From the NCBI GenBank assembly GCA_050251875.1, contig JBFWMA010000008.1, positions 1-64,000 on the forward strand: a DNA stretch of 64,000 bases, in the 5' to 3' direction. How positions within the stretch are numbered: the stretch's first letter is position 1; the number at the start of each line of letters is the position of its first letter. Positions 9,643 through 19,238 of this stretch are shown one piece after another. A program made the position numbers and the translations under genes. The stretch is from Deferribacterales bacterium. Its GTDB lineage: Bacteria > Chrysiogenota > Deferribacteres > Deferribacterales > Geovibrionaceae. The notes beneath the pieces are model-generated. The model was not told the origin of the DNA. It ran no database searches and worked only from the letters and a program-made list of their open reading frames with translations.

Positions 9643-10533
9643 ATGGCAGAAAGAAAAAATATCACGGTAAATTTTTACAGGCTCGAATCCACTCTGGACA
9701 CCTTCTATCAGGATCTGGAATACAAGCTGGAGGCGATGGCGGAAGGCGGAATGGACTACGGTTTTTTCGATGGAAAAAGCTGTGAGCTGATGTTCAAGAT
9801 TTTTGAACCCATACAGCTCTCCGACAGAAAACTTTACCCTGTGAGCCTTATAAAAGAAAAAATATTTTTACCCGTCTGGTTCAACAGAGACGGACAGATA
9901 CAGGAAGCGCCTCTGGACGGAGGCAGTCTGGGCGATGTCAGCTATGCTCTCATCGACACTGACCGTCAGGCTATTCTGACGCTCTCCGGCGGTTTCGGAC
10001 CGTCCATCTCCGGCTTTTCAGATTTCGTCCGCTGGCTGTCCGGCGATGCCGCGGCAGGCGCCAGCCCCATCTTCATAGGCGATGTGTACGATCAGGTGAA
10101 CCAGTGGGAAATATTCCGCAAGCTGAACCTCACCATAGAAGCCCCGGCGGTTGACTTTGTGGACAATGTTCTGGGCAGCGATCTGGGCGAAAACTTTAAA
10201 ATGCTCGAAACACTCTCCGGTCTCAAGATAGATATCTCCGTTTCCATGGGGCACGGCAAAGGATCACTGCACAAAGAGGCGGTGAAAAACTTCATCAGAA
10301 CCATAATGGAAGACAACTTCGCCGGAAAGCTGAAAGTGATGGGAAAAAGTTTCGAGGAACAGGCGACAGCCGAACACGACATCTATAACGCCAGACTGAA
10401 GCACAAAACAGAAATAGTCATAGCCGGGAGCCACATAGCCCCTGACGAGGCGAGATCATCGCTCTATGAGGCATACCAGCTTCATCTGGACGACATAGAA
10501 GCGGCGGCGGCAAGAGGCCTGGAAGACGAATAA
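9643..10533 (+). CDS. Hypothetical acidic protein
   Basis: AAGGA RBS before MAERKN; host-like codon usage. Confidence 0.75.
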   Translation: MAERKNITVNFYRLESTLDTFYQDLEYKLEAMAEGGMDYGFFDGKSCELMFKIFEPIQLSDRKLYPVSLIKEKIFLPVWFNRDGQIQEAPLDGGSLGDVSYALIDTDRQAILTLSGGFGPSISGFSDFVRWLSGDAAAGASPIFIGDVYDQVNQWEIFRKLNLTIEAPAVDFVDNVLGSDLGENFKMLETLSGLKIDISVSMGHGKGSLHKEAVKNFIRTIMEDNFAGKLKVMGKSFEEQATAEHDIYNARLKHKTEIVIAGSHIAPDEARSSLYEAYQLHLDDIEAAAARGLEDE

Positions 10534-11840
10534 TCTATAACATCCATGAACGCCTTAGCGCAGGCTCGGGCGTTCTCTTCTTTTATCACATCATTATCAA
10601 AATCATAAGGCTCAACACTCCCCGAATATGAACAGGCTGACATCTTTTCCAGAAAGCGGGCGGTTGACTGTCTGTCGCTCACTGCGCTCACAGCCATCAC
10701 AAGACAATCTGCGAGATTGTCATATCCACGGCATCTGAAAACTGCTGGCAGTCCGGCAAAAAACACGTCTGAAAAAACCACCGAGCCCACACCTGAAAGC
10801 GCCGCCTCATAACAGGCTGTTCCGGAAACAGATACCACAGCCTCAGCACCCTTTATGATCTCTGCGCTGTCGGTGAAAGGCGATACGTTCACTGTGTTCG
10901 GCAGGCTGTCTATCTCTCTGAAGAATGACGGTCTTCTCATGCCTATCCCCTTCGGGTGTTCCTTAACCGCCAGAATGATTCCGGACGGCAGAGATTTAGA
11001 CACAGCCCTGATCAGGCTGAGCTGGTCGGAGTAGAATCCGCCCAGAACGTCTATGGACGCCTCCGGCTGACAGTGCAGAGGAAAATAGACGTATTTTCCC
11101 TCGGGACGTCCGCTGAATCCGCCGAACCGGATCAGCCCGGCGTTAATATATCTGCCTGCCCTGTCACGGATAAGCTGAAAAGGAGTATGGGAGGTATCAT
11201 CATATTTCTCAGAAACATACCGCAAGAGATGCCTGAAAAGACCGGAAAAATTCCGCCCGGACACCAGCTTCGGCATAATAACATCTGTTCCGCCGGACAG
11301 AGAAGGCATCTCCGTCACACTGACGCTCCTGCCCGTGTTAAAAATCTCTTTCTGAAAAATACCTCTGAAAAAAACGAACCGCCCCTTAGGATATCTGACG
11401 GTATGAGGGACAAGAAACTCCGCCCCGCAGGAACGGGCGGCGGCGCAGGTCACAAGCTCGAAAGCCCATGTCGCCTCGGAGAATATTATATCTATTTTAC
11501 TGTCGGTTATAAACTTTTTGACTGATTTATACACAGCGCACAGGTAGCCATAGGCATAGTCACGGTTTTTACGGCTCAGCAGTCTGTCGCAGGAGATGAT
11601 ATATGCCGCAGAAACATCTGAAAACCTCTCCAGCTCGGACAGAATATCAATATCGGTTTCAGGCTTAATCTCAGCCAGATTGAGGATATCAGCTCTGTTA
11701 ACACCATGATCTGTAAGGTATTTTATGCGGAACCGAGCGCCCGGCATTATCCAGAACACACCTGTAGCGTCCAGATGCTGTGACACGGCATGAAAGGTGA
11801 CGGTTCGGGAGTGATTGCCGGTGAAGGCAATATTTGCCAT
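10482..11840 (-). CDS. Capsule polysaccharide biosynthesis/KpsS-like glycosyltransferase
   Basis: YVYFPLHCQPEASID, VKEHP, SVSGTACYEA motifs. Confidence 0.7.
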   Translation of the reverse strand: MANIAFTGNHSRTVTFHAVSQHLDATGVFWIMPGARFRIKYLTDHGVNRADILNLAEIKPETDIDILSELERFSDVSAAYIISCDRLLSRKNRDYAYGYLCAVYKSVKKFITDSKIDIIFSEATWAFELVTCAAARSCGAEFLVPHTVRYPKGRFVFFRGIFQKEIFNTGRSVSVTEMPSLSGGTDVIMPKLVSGRNFSGLFRHLLRYVSEKYDDTSHTPFQLIRDRAGRYINAGLIRFGGFSGRPEGKYVYFPLHCQPEASIDVLGGFYSDQLSLIRAVSKSLPSGIILAVKEHPKGIGMRRPSFFREIDSLPNTVNVSPFTDSAEIIKGAEAVVSVSGTACYEAALSGVGSVVFSDVFFAGLPAVFRCRGYDNLADCLVMAVSAVSDRQSTARFLEKMSACSYSGSVEPYDFDNDVIKEENARACAKAFMDVIDYSSSRPLAAAASMSSR

Positions 11841-11870
11841 AACGCATAGTTATGTGGTGAAAAAGAGAGA

Positions 11871-12266
11871 TCAGAGCCCCAGATTGTTCCTGATTATCTC
11901 GCAGAGAAAATCGGCGGATTCTTTAACATCCTCTTCCCTGCCGGATTTCTGAACACCGCACACAAACACAGAGAACCCCAGATTGTTGTTCACATGCACC
12001 TTAGCGTCAAAAGTGTTCGGTTTAGCGTCAAAATCCTCAGGATAGGCGGGGATGACGAGCATATCGTAATCTTTGTATTTGTCCAGCTCGGACAGGTCTT
12101 TCACCGTCTTCTGGATCAGTCCGCTGACAAAGATCACCTTCGCTCCGTTCGCCTTCAAAACACGGGCTCCCTTCTTCAGACCGAAATTCTCCTTCGCCCT
12201 CTTTATCACTCTTTCAGCAGAGGCGGAATTATAGGCGGCGATCATTACGGTCATCTTTTTCATCAC
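11871..12266 (-). CDS. Hypothetical protein
   Basis: AAGGAG RBS before the start. Confidence 0.65.
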   Translation of the reverse strand: MMKKMTVMIAAYNSASAERVIKRAKENFGLKKGARVLKANGAKVIFVSGLIQKTVKDLSELDKYKDYDMLVIPAYPEDFDAKPNTFDAKVHVNNNLGFSVFVCGVQKSGREEDVKESADFLCEIIRNNLGL

Positions 12267-12330
12267 AGTCTCCTTATTTTTCGGAGACTATAGCCCCGAA
12301 AGCCGTGTTTATGTATCAACGAATCGTGGC

Positions 12331-14220
12331 TTACGGGTGTCCTTTGAAGAACCGTAGTCCCGTGCTCAACAGTTTCTGTATCTGTCCCAGAGCTTTTTTC
12401 AGCCTCTCTCTGTTATACAGCGAGAGTTCGTCCGGGTTCACATATTTGTTGATCTCCTCACCTTTCTCAGCCTTCTGAATCTGGCTGTTCAGGGTGATAT
12501 CCACGATAGTTTCATATGCCTCCAGCGTGTGCAGATAGAGTTCCTCGCTGATGATGTTTTTCCTCATCAGCGCTTTCACTCTCTCCACAGTGTTCAGCTC
12601 GTTCAGTCCGTTCTTCAGCGTGAAGGCTCTAACGACATCCACTATAAAGGCTGAAGCGGATGATTTCAAGTTTATTTCGCCCTTATGCCCGCCGTCTTTC
12701 TCACCTATGAATTTTCCGAACATAGAGAGGGGTATGCGCAGGTTGCTGTCCTTCTCCAGCATCTGGATAAGAAACACTGGGCTCTTGTTTATATTCTGAT
12801 TGATATGGTCTCTCAGCTCCCAGACCAGCTTTTCGTCTCCGGCGAATCCATCGAAGTCGAATATGATAGACGACCACATCAGCCCCATCGCCCCTGGGTT
12901 CGCCACCCAGCGTGATATCTTGTGCTTCCAGTCAGATATGCGCAGAGCCATCTCCGGGTTCGTCACCATGACGTTGCCTTTGCATTTTTCATATCCTATA
13001 TATTCCAGAGCGTCAGTATATTTTGCACCGAACTTCATGAACATATCCACCTGCTCATCCGTGACCTCATCGTCAAAGATAAAGCCGTTGTCCTGATCCG
13101 GATCCAGCGCCATCTCCCGCCGTCCGCCGGAACCCATCACTATCAGGGTATGCCGGACGGATGCCGGACTGAACCCCGTCTCGGCGTAAAACTGCTCGGC
13201 GCAGATGCGGTATGCCTTGCGCTGTATGTTTATATGGACAGATGACAGCACAGGCAGTATGTCATAGCTGACTCTGGAGCTGTCCATCAGAGACGCCGCC
13301 ACCTTATACAGACCGGCGTGCGCCTTCTGGAGATCTTCCAGAGATTCCAGATTCTCCACATATGTCACATATGTATTTATGTTGGTGAACAGCATGCGTG
13401 ATATGTCGTTGTTGGAGAGTATCCCAACCGGCATGTTCGAGCGTACCACTATGGCATATTCGCTCCTGCGCTGCTGCATCTGCGCCAGCGCCTCCACCAG
13501 AGGAAACTCAGGAGGCAGAGCCACGGGACTGCGCTCCATATATTTCTCCACAGAGGCGTCCTGAATCTCTCTCTTCATATCAGGCACAAACCGCTGAACG
13601 ATGTGCTTGGATGTGAGAAGCCCCGCCAGCTCGCCGGAATCATCACACACCACGATGGCGCCGATGCTGGATTCATTCATTATCTCCGCCGCCTCATACA
13701 CAGTATTCTTCTTATTAACAGTTGTCACAGGGGATGTCATATAGCTTCCCACGGGTTTATATGTGGACGATGCCACAGACCAGGATGCCCTGCCCTCCAG
13801 CTCGCTGTTTCTCTCGGACACCATCCGTTGAAAAGATGTGCGGAATTCCGGAACGTCCTCCATCAGCTTATATACGCAGAGTTCCGGCATGAAAACCATC
13901 TGGCACACAGTGTCGGCTATGGCTGTCACCCTGTATGTGGATTTACCCACGAAGGTGGATATGCCCAGCATGCCGCCGCGCTCCACCATGATTTCAGATG
14001 ACGCGCCCTCGGTCAGCCTCACCTTGCCGAACAGCATAATATAGAGACCTCTGTGATATGTCTCCCCACGTCTGAAAAGAACCTCTCCGGCGTCCGCCGT
14101 CACAGCTTCGCACTTGAGTATTGTCATCCTCAGGCGCTCCTTCGGAACAGAGCGGAAAGCGGGCAGTGTTTCTGCGGAAGCGAGTATCTCTTCTGATGTG
14201 GAAATCTCTGCGTACTGCAT
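12331..14220 (-). CDS. cNMP-binding/CBS/DUF294 putative nucleotidyltransferase signal protein
   Basis: N-terminal cNMP fold, CBS pair, GSGGRREM..PDQDNG, CKGNVMVTNP. Confidence 0.9.
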   Translation of the reverse strand: MQYAEISTSEEILASAETLPAFRSVPKERLRMTILKCEAVTADAGEVLFRRGETYHRGLYIMLFGKVRLTEGASSEIMVERGGMLGISTFVGKSTYRVTAIADTVCQMVFMPELCVYKLMEDVPEFRTSFQRMVSERNSELEGRASWSVASSTYKPVGSYMTSPVTTVNKKNTVYEAAEIMNESSIGAIVVCDDSGELAGLLTSKHIVQRFVPDMKREIQDASVEKYMERSPVALPPEFPLVEALAQMQQRRSEYAIVVRSNMPVGILSNNDISRMLFTNINTYVTYVENLESLEDLQKAHAGLYKVAASLMDSSRVSYDILPVLSSVHINIQRKAYRICAEQFYAETGFSPASVRHTLIVMGSGGRREMALDPDQDNGFIFDDEVTDEQVDMFMKFGAKYTDALEYIGYEKCKGNVMVTNPEMALRISDWKHKISRWVANPGAMGLMWSSIIFDFDGFAGDEKLVWELRDHINQNINKSPVFLIQMLEKDSNLRIPLSMFGKFIGEKDGGHKGEINLKSSASAFIVDVVRAFTLKNGLNELNTVERVKALMRKNIISEELYLHTLEAYETIVDITLNSQIQKAEKGEEINKYVNPDELSLYNRERLKKALGQIQKLLSTGLRFFKGHP

Positions 14221-14742
14221 GGCAACCTCGGTTAACTTTTTATGTTAAAAGAATTATATCAGATAATTCAAATAAAACAAAGCATTTTAAAATGCGTAAT
14301 ATTCTTTACAGTAGTTATTTTATAACATCGTAATAAATTTTTGCGTTTTCTGTATTTATAAATCACTAAAACAGCTATAATGAACGCTTGAAAAGCAATA
14401 TAAAGCAAGCGCCCTATTAATAGAGGCTTTAATAAGAAAACACTAATGCTATTTTTGGAAAAAAATTTTTTAACATACAAAAAATATTCATCCTGACACC
14501 TTGAAAGCCTGATTGTTTTTTATTTTTATCTATTAAATATATATAAATACAGTTGTTAATATTGTATACAATTATCAATTGTTCCAATAATGAAATTGCC
14601 AAAAAATAATCAAATGACGTAATTTTAATGTTGATTAAAATTAAAAAGTGTTTTACATTTCTCACATGAAGACAATATAAGAATATCGGTCTTCATGTTT
14701 TCTATTACTTAACACCTTTTAGATTTTATCAGGAGGAGCAAA

Positions 14743-15036
14743 ATGACTGCAAAAGACTTTGTAAGCTCAGACAAGTTCAATGAGCTGGTCAGGTCGAGAT
14801 GGACATTCAGCTTTTTTATGCTGGCGATCCTTTTTGTGATGTACTACGGCTACATCTTTCTTGTTGCCCTTAACAGGGAGTTTCTGGCGAAGATGGTCGG
14901 AACAAACATCACTATGGGAACTGTTCTTTTCGTACTCGTTATTATAGGAGCCTGGCTCCTGACCGTTGTGTATGTCCTTTGGGCTAACGCAAGCTACGAC
15001 AAAAAAGTAGAAGCTCTTAAAAAAGATCTTCAGTAA
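14743..15036 (+). CDS. DUF485 (YjcH-like) membrane protein
   Basis: Two transmembrane segments, YVLWAN..YD; directly upstream of actP. Confidence 0.9.
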   Translation: MTAKDFVSSDKFNELVRSRWTFSFFMLAILFVMYYGYIFLVALNREFLAKMVGTNITMGTVLFVLVIIGAWLLTVVYVLWANASYDKKVEALKKDLQ

Positions 15037-15054
15037 GACGGCAAGGAGTAACAA

Positions 15055-16596
15055 ATGGAATCAACTCTCGGCAAACCTAACTTAACGGCGATTCTGTTCT
15101 TTGTGCTTGTTGTTATAGGCACAATGGTAATCACTTACTTCGCCGCCAGAAAAACAAAAACAACTAGCGAATTCTACGCTGCGGGACGCAGTGTTACAGG
15201 TTTTCAAAACGGTCTCGCTCTTGCGGGCGATTATATGTCAGCCGCCTCTTTCCTCGGTATATCCGGTATGGTGGCTCTGAAAGGCTATGACGGCATGATC
15301 TACGCCGTGGGCTGGCTGGTCGGATGGCCCGCTCTGATGTTCCTCATCGCTGAGCCTCTGCGTAACCTCGGTAAATACACCTTTGCGGACGTTGTGGCAT
15401 CCAGACTGCGTCAGGGACCCATCCGTATAGCTTCTGCTGTCGGCGGTATCCTCGTTGTTCTCTGCTACACCATCGCTCAGATGGTGGGTTCAGGAAAACT
15501 TATCCAGCTTATGTTCGGCATGCCCTACGAAATGGCTGAGATTATAGTGGGCGTGGTTATGCTTCTCTATGTTCTCTTCGGCGGAATGCTCGCCACCACA
15601 TGGGTACAGATCATCAAGGCTTGCCTTCTTCTGTTCGGCGTTACAGTGCTCACACTGCTTGCGCTTAACAAATTCGGTTTCAGCATCAGCAACATGCTCG
15701 GCGCTGTACAGACTATGTATCCCGATGCCAACATGCTGAACCCCGGCGGTCTTATAAAGAATCCTCTGGACGCTCTGTCACTCGGTCTCGCTCTGATGTT
15801 CGGTCTGCTCGGTCTTCCGCACATCCTTATGAGATTCTTCACTGTGCCGGATGCTAAAGAAGCCAGAAAATCAGTTGTTTACGCTACATCTTTCATCGGC
15901 TACTTCTATCTGGTTATCCCGATAGTTGGTTTCACAGCCGCTGTTCTGATAGGCAAAGACGCTATTCTCGGCATAGATAAAGGCGGAAACATGGCCGCTC
16001 CCGCTCTGGCTGAACTGCTCGGCGGAACACCCTTCCTCGGCTTTATCGCCGCTGTTGCCTTCGCCACAATTCTGGCGGTGGTTGCCGGTCTCACACTGGC
16101 AGCGTCATCAGCCATGAGCCACGACATCTATGTGTCAGTGTTCAAAAAAGGCACAGCCACAGAGGCTGAGCAGGTTAAGGTTGCCCGTATATCTGTTATC
16201 ATCTTCGGTATCTTCGCCGTTGGTCTGGGTATCCTTTTCAAAGGACAGAACGTTGCCTTCCTTGTGGGTCTGGCTTTCGCTATCGCCGCCAGCGCCAACT
16301 TCCCGGCACTCTTCCTGTCCATCGTGTGGAAAAAATTCACCACACAGGGCGCTGTATGGTCGATTCTGGCAGGAGCTATCTCCGCTACAATTCTGATCAT
16401 CATCAGCCCCACTGTATGGGTTGACGTTCTTCACCATGAGAAGGCAATCTTCCCGCTGAAAAACCCCGCTGTAGTGTCCATGACACTGTCATTCGCGGTT
16501 GCTTTCATCGCCTCTATCATGACTCCTGATAAAAAAGCTCAGGAGCAGTATGAAGAAGATAAAATCAGAGTCTACCTCGGTGTGGGCGCTGAATAA
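15055..16596 (+). CDS. actP: Cation/acetate symporter ActP (SSS family)
   Basis: NGLALAGDYMSAASFLG, GLPHILMRFFTVPDAKEARKSV. Confidence 0.93.
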   Translation: MESTLGKPNLTAILFFVLVVIGTMVITYFAARKTKTTSEFYAAGRSVTGFQNGLALAGDYMSAASFLGISGMVALKGYDGMIYAVGWLVGWPALMFLIAEPLRNLGKYTFADVVASRLRQGPIRIASAVGGILVVLCYTIAQMVGSGKLIQLMFGMPYEMAEIIVGVVMLLYVLFGGMLATTWVQIIKACLLLFGVTVLTLLALNKFGFSISNMLGAVQTMYPDANMLNPGGLIKNPLDALSLGLALMFGLLGLPHILMRFFTVPDAKEARKSVVYATSFIGYFYLVIPIVGFTAAVLIGKDAILGIDKGGNMAAPALAELLGGTPFLGFIAAVAFATILAVVAGLTLAASSAMSHDIYVSVFKKGTATEAEQVKVARISVIIFGIFAVGLGILFKGQNVAFLVGLAFAIAASANFPALFLSIVWKKFTTQGAVWSILAGAISATILIIISPTVWVDVLHHEKAIFPLKNPAVVSMTLSFAVAFIASIMTPDKKAQEQYEEDKIRVYLGVGAE

Positions 16597-16616
16597 TCCC
16601 TAACAACCTCTAAAAC

Positions 16617-16646
16617 AAAAAGGCTTCCTCTATGGAAGCCTTTTTT
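16617..16646 (+). terminator. Intrinsic terminator
   Basis: AAAAAGGCTTCC-TCTAT-GGAAGCCTTTTTT. Confidence 0.85.
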
Positions 16647-16659
16647 ATTTCCTATTCAA

Positions 16660-16746
16660 CGTCACTGCGAGAGTTAAACTCGAAGCAGTCTCACACAGCA
16701 AGATAACTTTATGAGATAGCCGCGTCGCAAGCTCCTCGCTATGACG
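16660..16746. repeat. Single CGTC-type REP doublet, same family as the 41.3-kb array
   Basis: CGTCACTGCGAG..GAAGCAGTCTCA..ATGAGATAGC..CTCGCTATGACG. Confidence 0.8.
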
Positions 16747-17470
16747 TAAACCCTGTAATGTATAATATCCGATAGGTAACAGGTATCTTTCCACCGTCTC
16801 CGAACAGCTCCGGATAAAGCTCCAGAAAACGCTTATAAGCCGTCTTGGACGACACCTTCCCGCTGCCGGAGAAGGTCGCTCCGGTGCCTTTCTGTTTTTT
16901 CAGAAACTCCTGCACGCTGTCGAAATAGATCACATATTCCCTGACCTCGTGCTCTATGGCGAATCCGCCGAAACACTTCAGCAGGTCATTCTGCTTAGGC
17001 AGAGGATAGACAGAGCCGAAGCCTGTCATCTCGTTCAGAATCTTCATCTCGGCAAAAGTGCCGTCCACAAAGACAGAGAAAACGAATCTGTCAGCGCCTG
17101 ACAGCATAGCCGGGATACTCTTTTCAGGATTCTGAAACCATTGCAGACATGAAGAACCTGCAACCAGAGAGAAACCTCTGTTAAACGGCAAATGCTCTCC
17201 GTCACCGCAGATGTAGATGTTTTTTGAGTATGTCTTTTGCGCTTTTTTCAGCAAAGAATGAGCTATATCAATACAATAGATGCTTTGATCCGCATATTTT
17301 TTATTCAGATGTTCAGTGAAAATTCCGGTGCCTGTTCCGATTTCCAGGACACTTCCGTTAACTTCCGGCAGTTTTTCCGCCAGATGATCCGCCACTATCC
17401 TCTGGATGTCGCAGGATGAATCGTATGTGTCCGATGATGAGCAGAACGCCCGGCGGATATGTATCTTCAT
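16739..17470 (-). CDS. bioC: Malonyl-ACP O-methyltransferase
   Basis: RRAF..YD..QR.VA, LEIGTGTG, LQWF; bio cluster context. Confidence 0.85.
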   Translation of the reverse strand: MKIHIRRAFCSSSDTYDSSCDIQRIVADHLAEKLPEVNGSVLEIGTGTGIFTEHLNKKYADQSIYCIDIAHSLLKKAQKTYSKNIYICGDGEHLPFNRGFSLVAGSSCLQWFQNPEKSIPAMLSGADRFVFSVFVDGTFAEMKILNEMTGFGSVYPLPKQNDLLKCFGGFAIEHEVREYVIYFDSVQEFLKKQKGTGATFSGSGKVSSKTAYKRFLELYPELFGDGGKIPVTYRILYITGFTS

Positions 17471-18033
17471 ATCAGATATTCCGCTATGATGTCCGGACTT
17501 ATGAAGTGCTGTCCGCCTTTCACCCTTATCAGCTCACAGGAGAGCCTTTCCGCCAGTTCCTCGCCGGCATTTACAGGCACCACGGCGTCATTCTCTCCGT
17601 GGATTATCTTTATGTTCTTTCCTTTCAGACATACGCCATCGCCGGAGTTCAGCAGATATTCCAGCCCGCTTTTCAGCTTTGTCACGTCATAGCTGACACT
17701 GACATCCGTTTCCGCTCCGCATGCGGTCAGAAAGTCTTTTATAACGGCGTCCGGCTCAGAGCCGAACTTTTTTATCATTCTGTTCAGTATCTTGACAGGG
17801 GTGTAGTCGGTAAAGCTGATAAACGGAGACACTAGTATTATATTGTCGCAATCAAGATGTTCATTCTTCAGCGCCAGATTAGCTCCGGTGGACCAGCAGA
17901 CCAGATTTTTCCCGGTCATCTGAAACACCCCGTCCATATCGTCAAAAAAAGGCACACGAAAGTCGAATCTGCCGGAGAATGAACCGAAGAGTGACGAAAA
18001 ACCGCACCAGCCGGACACGAAAAGGTCTGTCAT
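17467..18033 (-). CDS. Short alpha/beta hydrolase, probable pimeloyl-ACP methyl ester esterase (BioH-like)
   Basis: SGW, WSTG nucleophile, HGENDAVVP, GQH; lies between bioF and bioC. Confidence 0.7.
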   Translation of the reverse strand: MTDLFVSGWCGFSSLFGSFSGRFDFRVPFFDDMDGVFQMTGKNLVCWSTGANLALKNEHLDCDNIILVSPFISFTDYTPVKILNRMIKKFGSEPDAVIKDFLTACGAETDVSVSYDVTKLKSGLEYLLNSGDGVCLKGKNIKIIHGENDAVVPVNAGEELAERLSCELIRVKGGQHFISPDIIAEYLI

Positions 18034-19187
18034 ATACCGCTCTTTTTCAGTTCGTCGAAGGCGGATATTATCCTGTCGGTTTCGTCCAGCACATCCAGTC
18101 TCAAAGATATCCTCAGTCTGGCGGTGTCGGCGGGAACGGTGGGCGGGCGAATGGCGGCCACATAGAGCCCCTTAGCCATCAGAAATTCCTTAGCCAGCAG
18201 AACCCGCTCGTTCTTGCTCATTATCACGGGGATGATCTGTGAAACGCTCATGGCGGTATCAAAGCCCATCCTGTTCAGGGCATGGCGCAGGTTGTCCGCC
18301 GCGTCCATCAGCCGTCCGCCTATGTCGGAATTTTTTATGACATAGTTCAGAGAGGCGAGGCTTGCCGCCGTGACAGCGGGGGGAAGCGATGTGGAATATA
18401 TGAATGATCTGCCCTTGTTGCGCAGATAGTCGATTATGTCGGAATCTCCGGCGACATAAGCGCCTAAGGAAGCGAACGCCTTGCTGAATGTGCCCATATG
18501 CACATCCACCCTCTTTTCCAGCCCCAGCTCGTGGGCATATCCCCTGCCCCTGCCGAAGATTCCTGCGGCGTGGGCTTCGTCTATCACGGTTATGGCGTTG
18601 TATTCTTCCGCCAGCGAAACAATATTGTGCAGGCGGCACACATCGCCGTCCATGCTGAACACCGTGTCTGTGGCTATTATCTTATCAGGCGTATCTTTAT
18701 ATTTTTCCAGCAGTGACCTCAGGTCGGACATGTCGTTGTGTTTATAACGGGCATGCTTAGCTCCGCTCAGGGCTATGCCGTCTATGATGCTGGCGTGGTT
18801 CAGCCTGTCGGAGAAAACCACGGTGTGCCTGTCCGCCAGAGATGAAAAAATGGCGAGGTTGGCGGCGTATCCGCTGTTGAACACCAGAGCTTTTTCCGCC
18901 TTCTTGAAAACGGCTGTTCTGTGCTCCAGCTCATCGTATATGCTGTAGTTGCCTGTCACTATTCTGGACGCTCCGGATGTGGTGCCCAGCTTCATCACGG
19001 CGTCCGCTGACGCCTCCCTGATCTCCGGTATCTCAGACAGCCCCAGATAGTTGTTGGAAGCCAGATTCAGGTATTTTTCGCCGTCCACGCAGACATATTT
19101 TCCCGAGCCTTCGCTCATGGCTGGCATCTCACGGTAGAGGCTTTCATCCTGAAGTTCTTTAAGTTTGTGCTTGATTTTATCTCTCAT
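18030..19187 (-). CDS. bioF: 8-amino-7-oxononanoate synthase
   Basis: SNNYLGL, DRLNHASIIDG, DEAHA, GTFSKA, IRPPTVP. Confidence 0.95.
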   Translation of the reverse strand: MRDKIKHKLKELQDESLYREMPAMSEGSGKYVCVDGEKYLNLASNNYLGLSEIPEIREASADAVMKLGTTSGASRIVTGNYSIYDELEHRTAVFKKAEKALVFNSGYAANLAIFSSLADRHTVVFSDRLNHASIIDGIALSGAKHARYKHNDMSDLRSLLEKYKDTPDKIIATDTVFSMDGDVCRLHNIVSLAEEYNAITVIDEAHAAGIFGRGRGYAHELGLEKRVDVHMGTFSKAFASLGAYVAGDSDIIDYLRNKGRSFIYSTSLPPAVTAASLASLNYVIKNSDIGGRLMDAADNLRHALNRMGFDTAMSVSQIIPVIMSKNERVLLAKEFLMAKGLYVAAIRPPTVPADTARLRISLRLDVLDETDRIISAFDELKKSGI

Positions 19188-19238
19188 GGGGAAATAATAT
19201 CAGAGGTAAGATTACTGTCAATAACATAAGGAAAAAAA

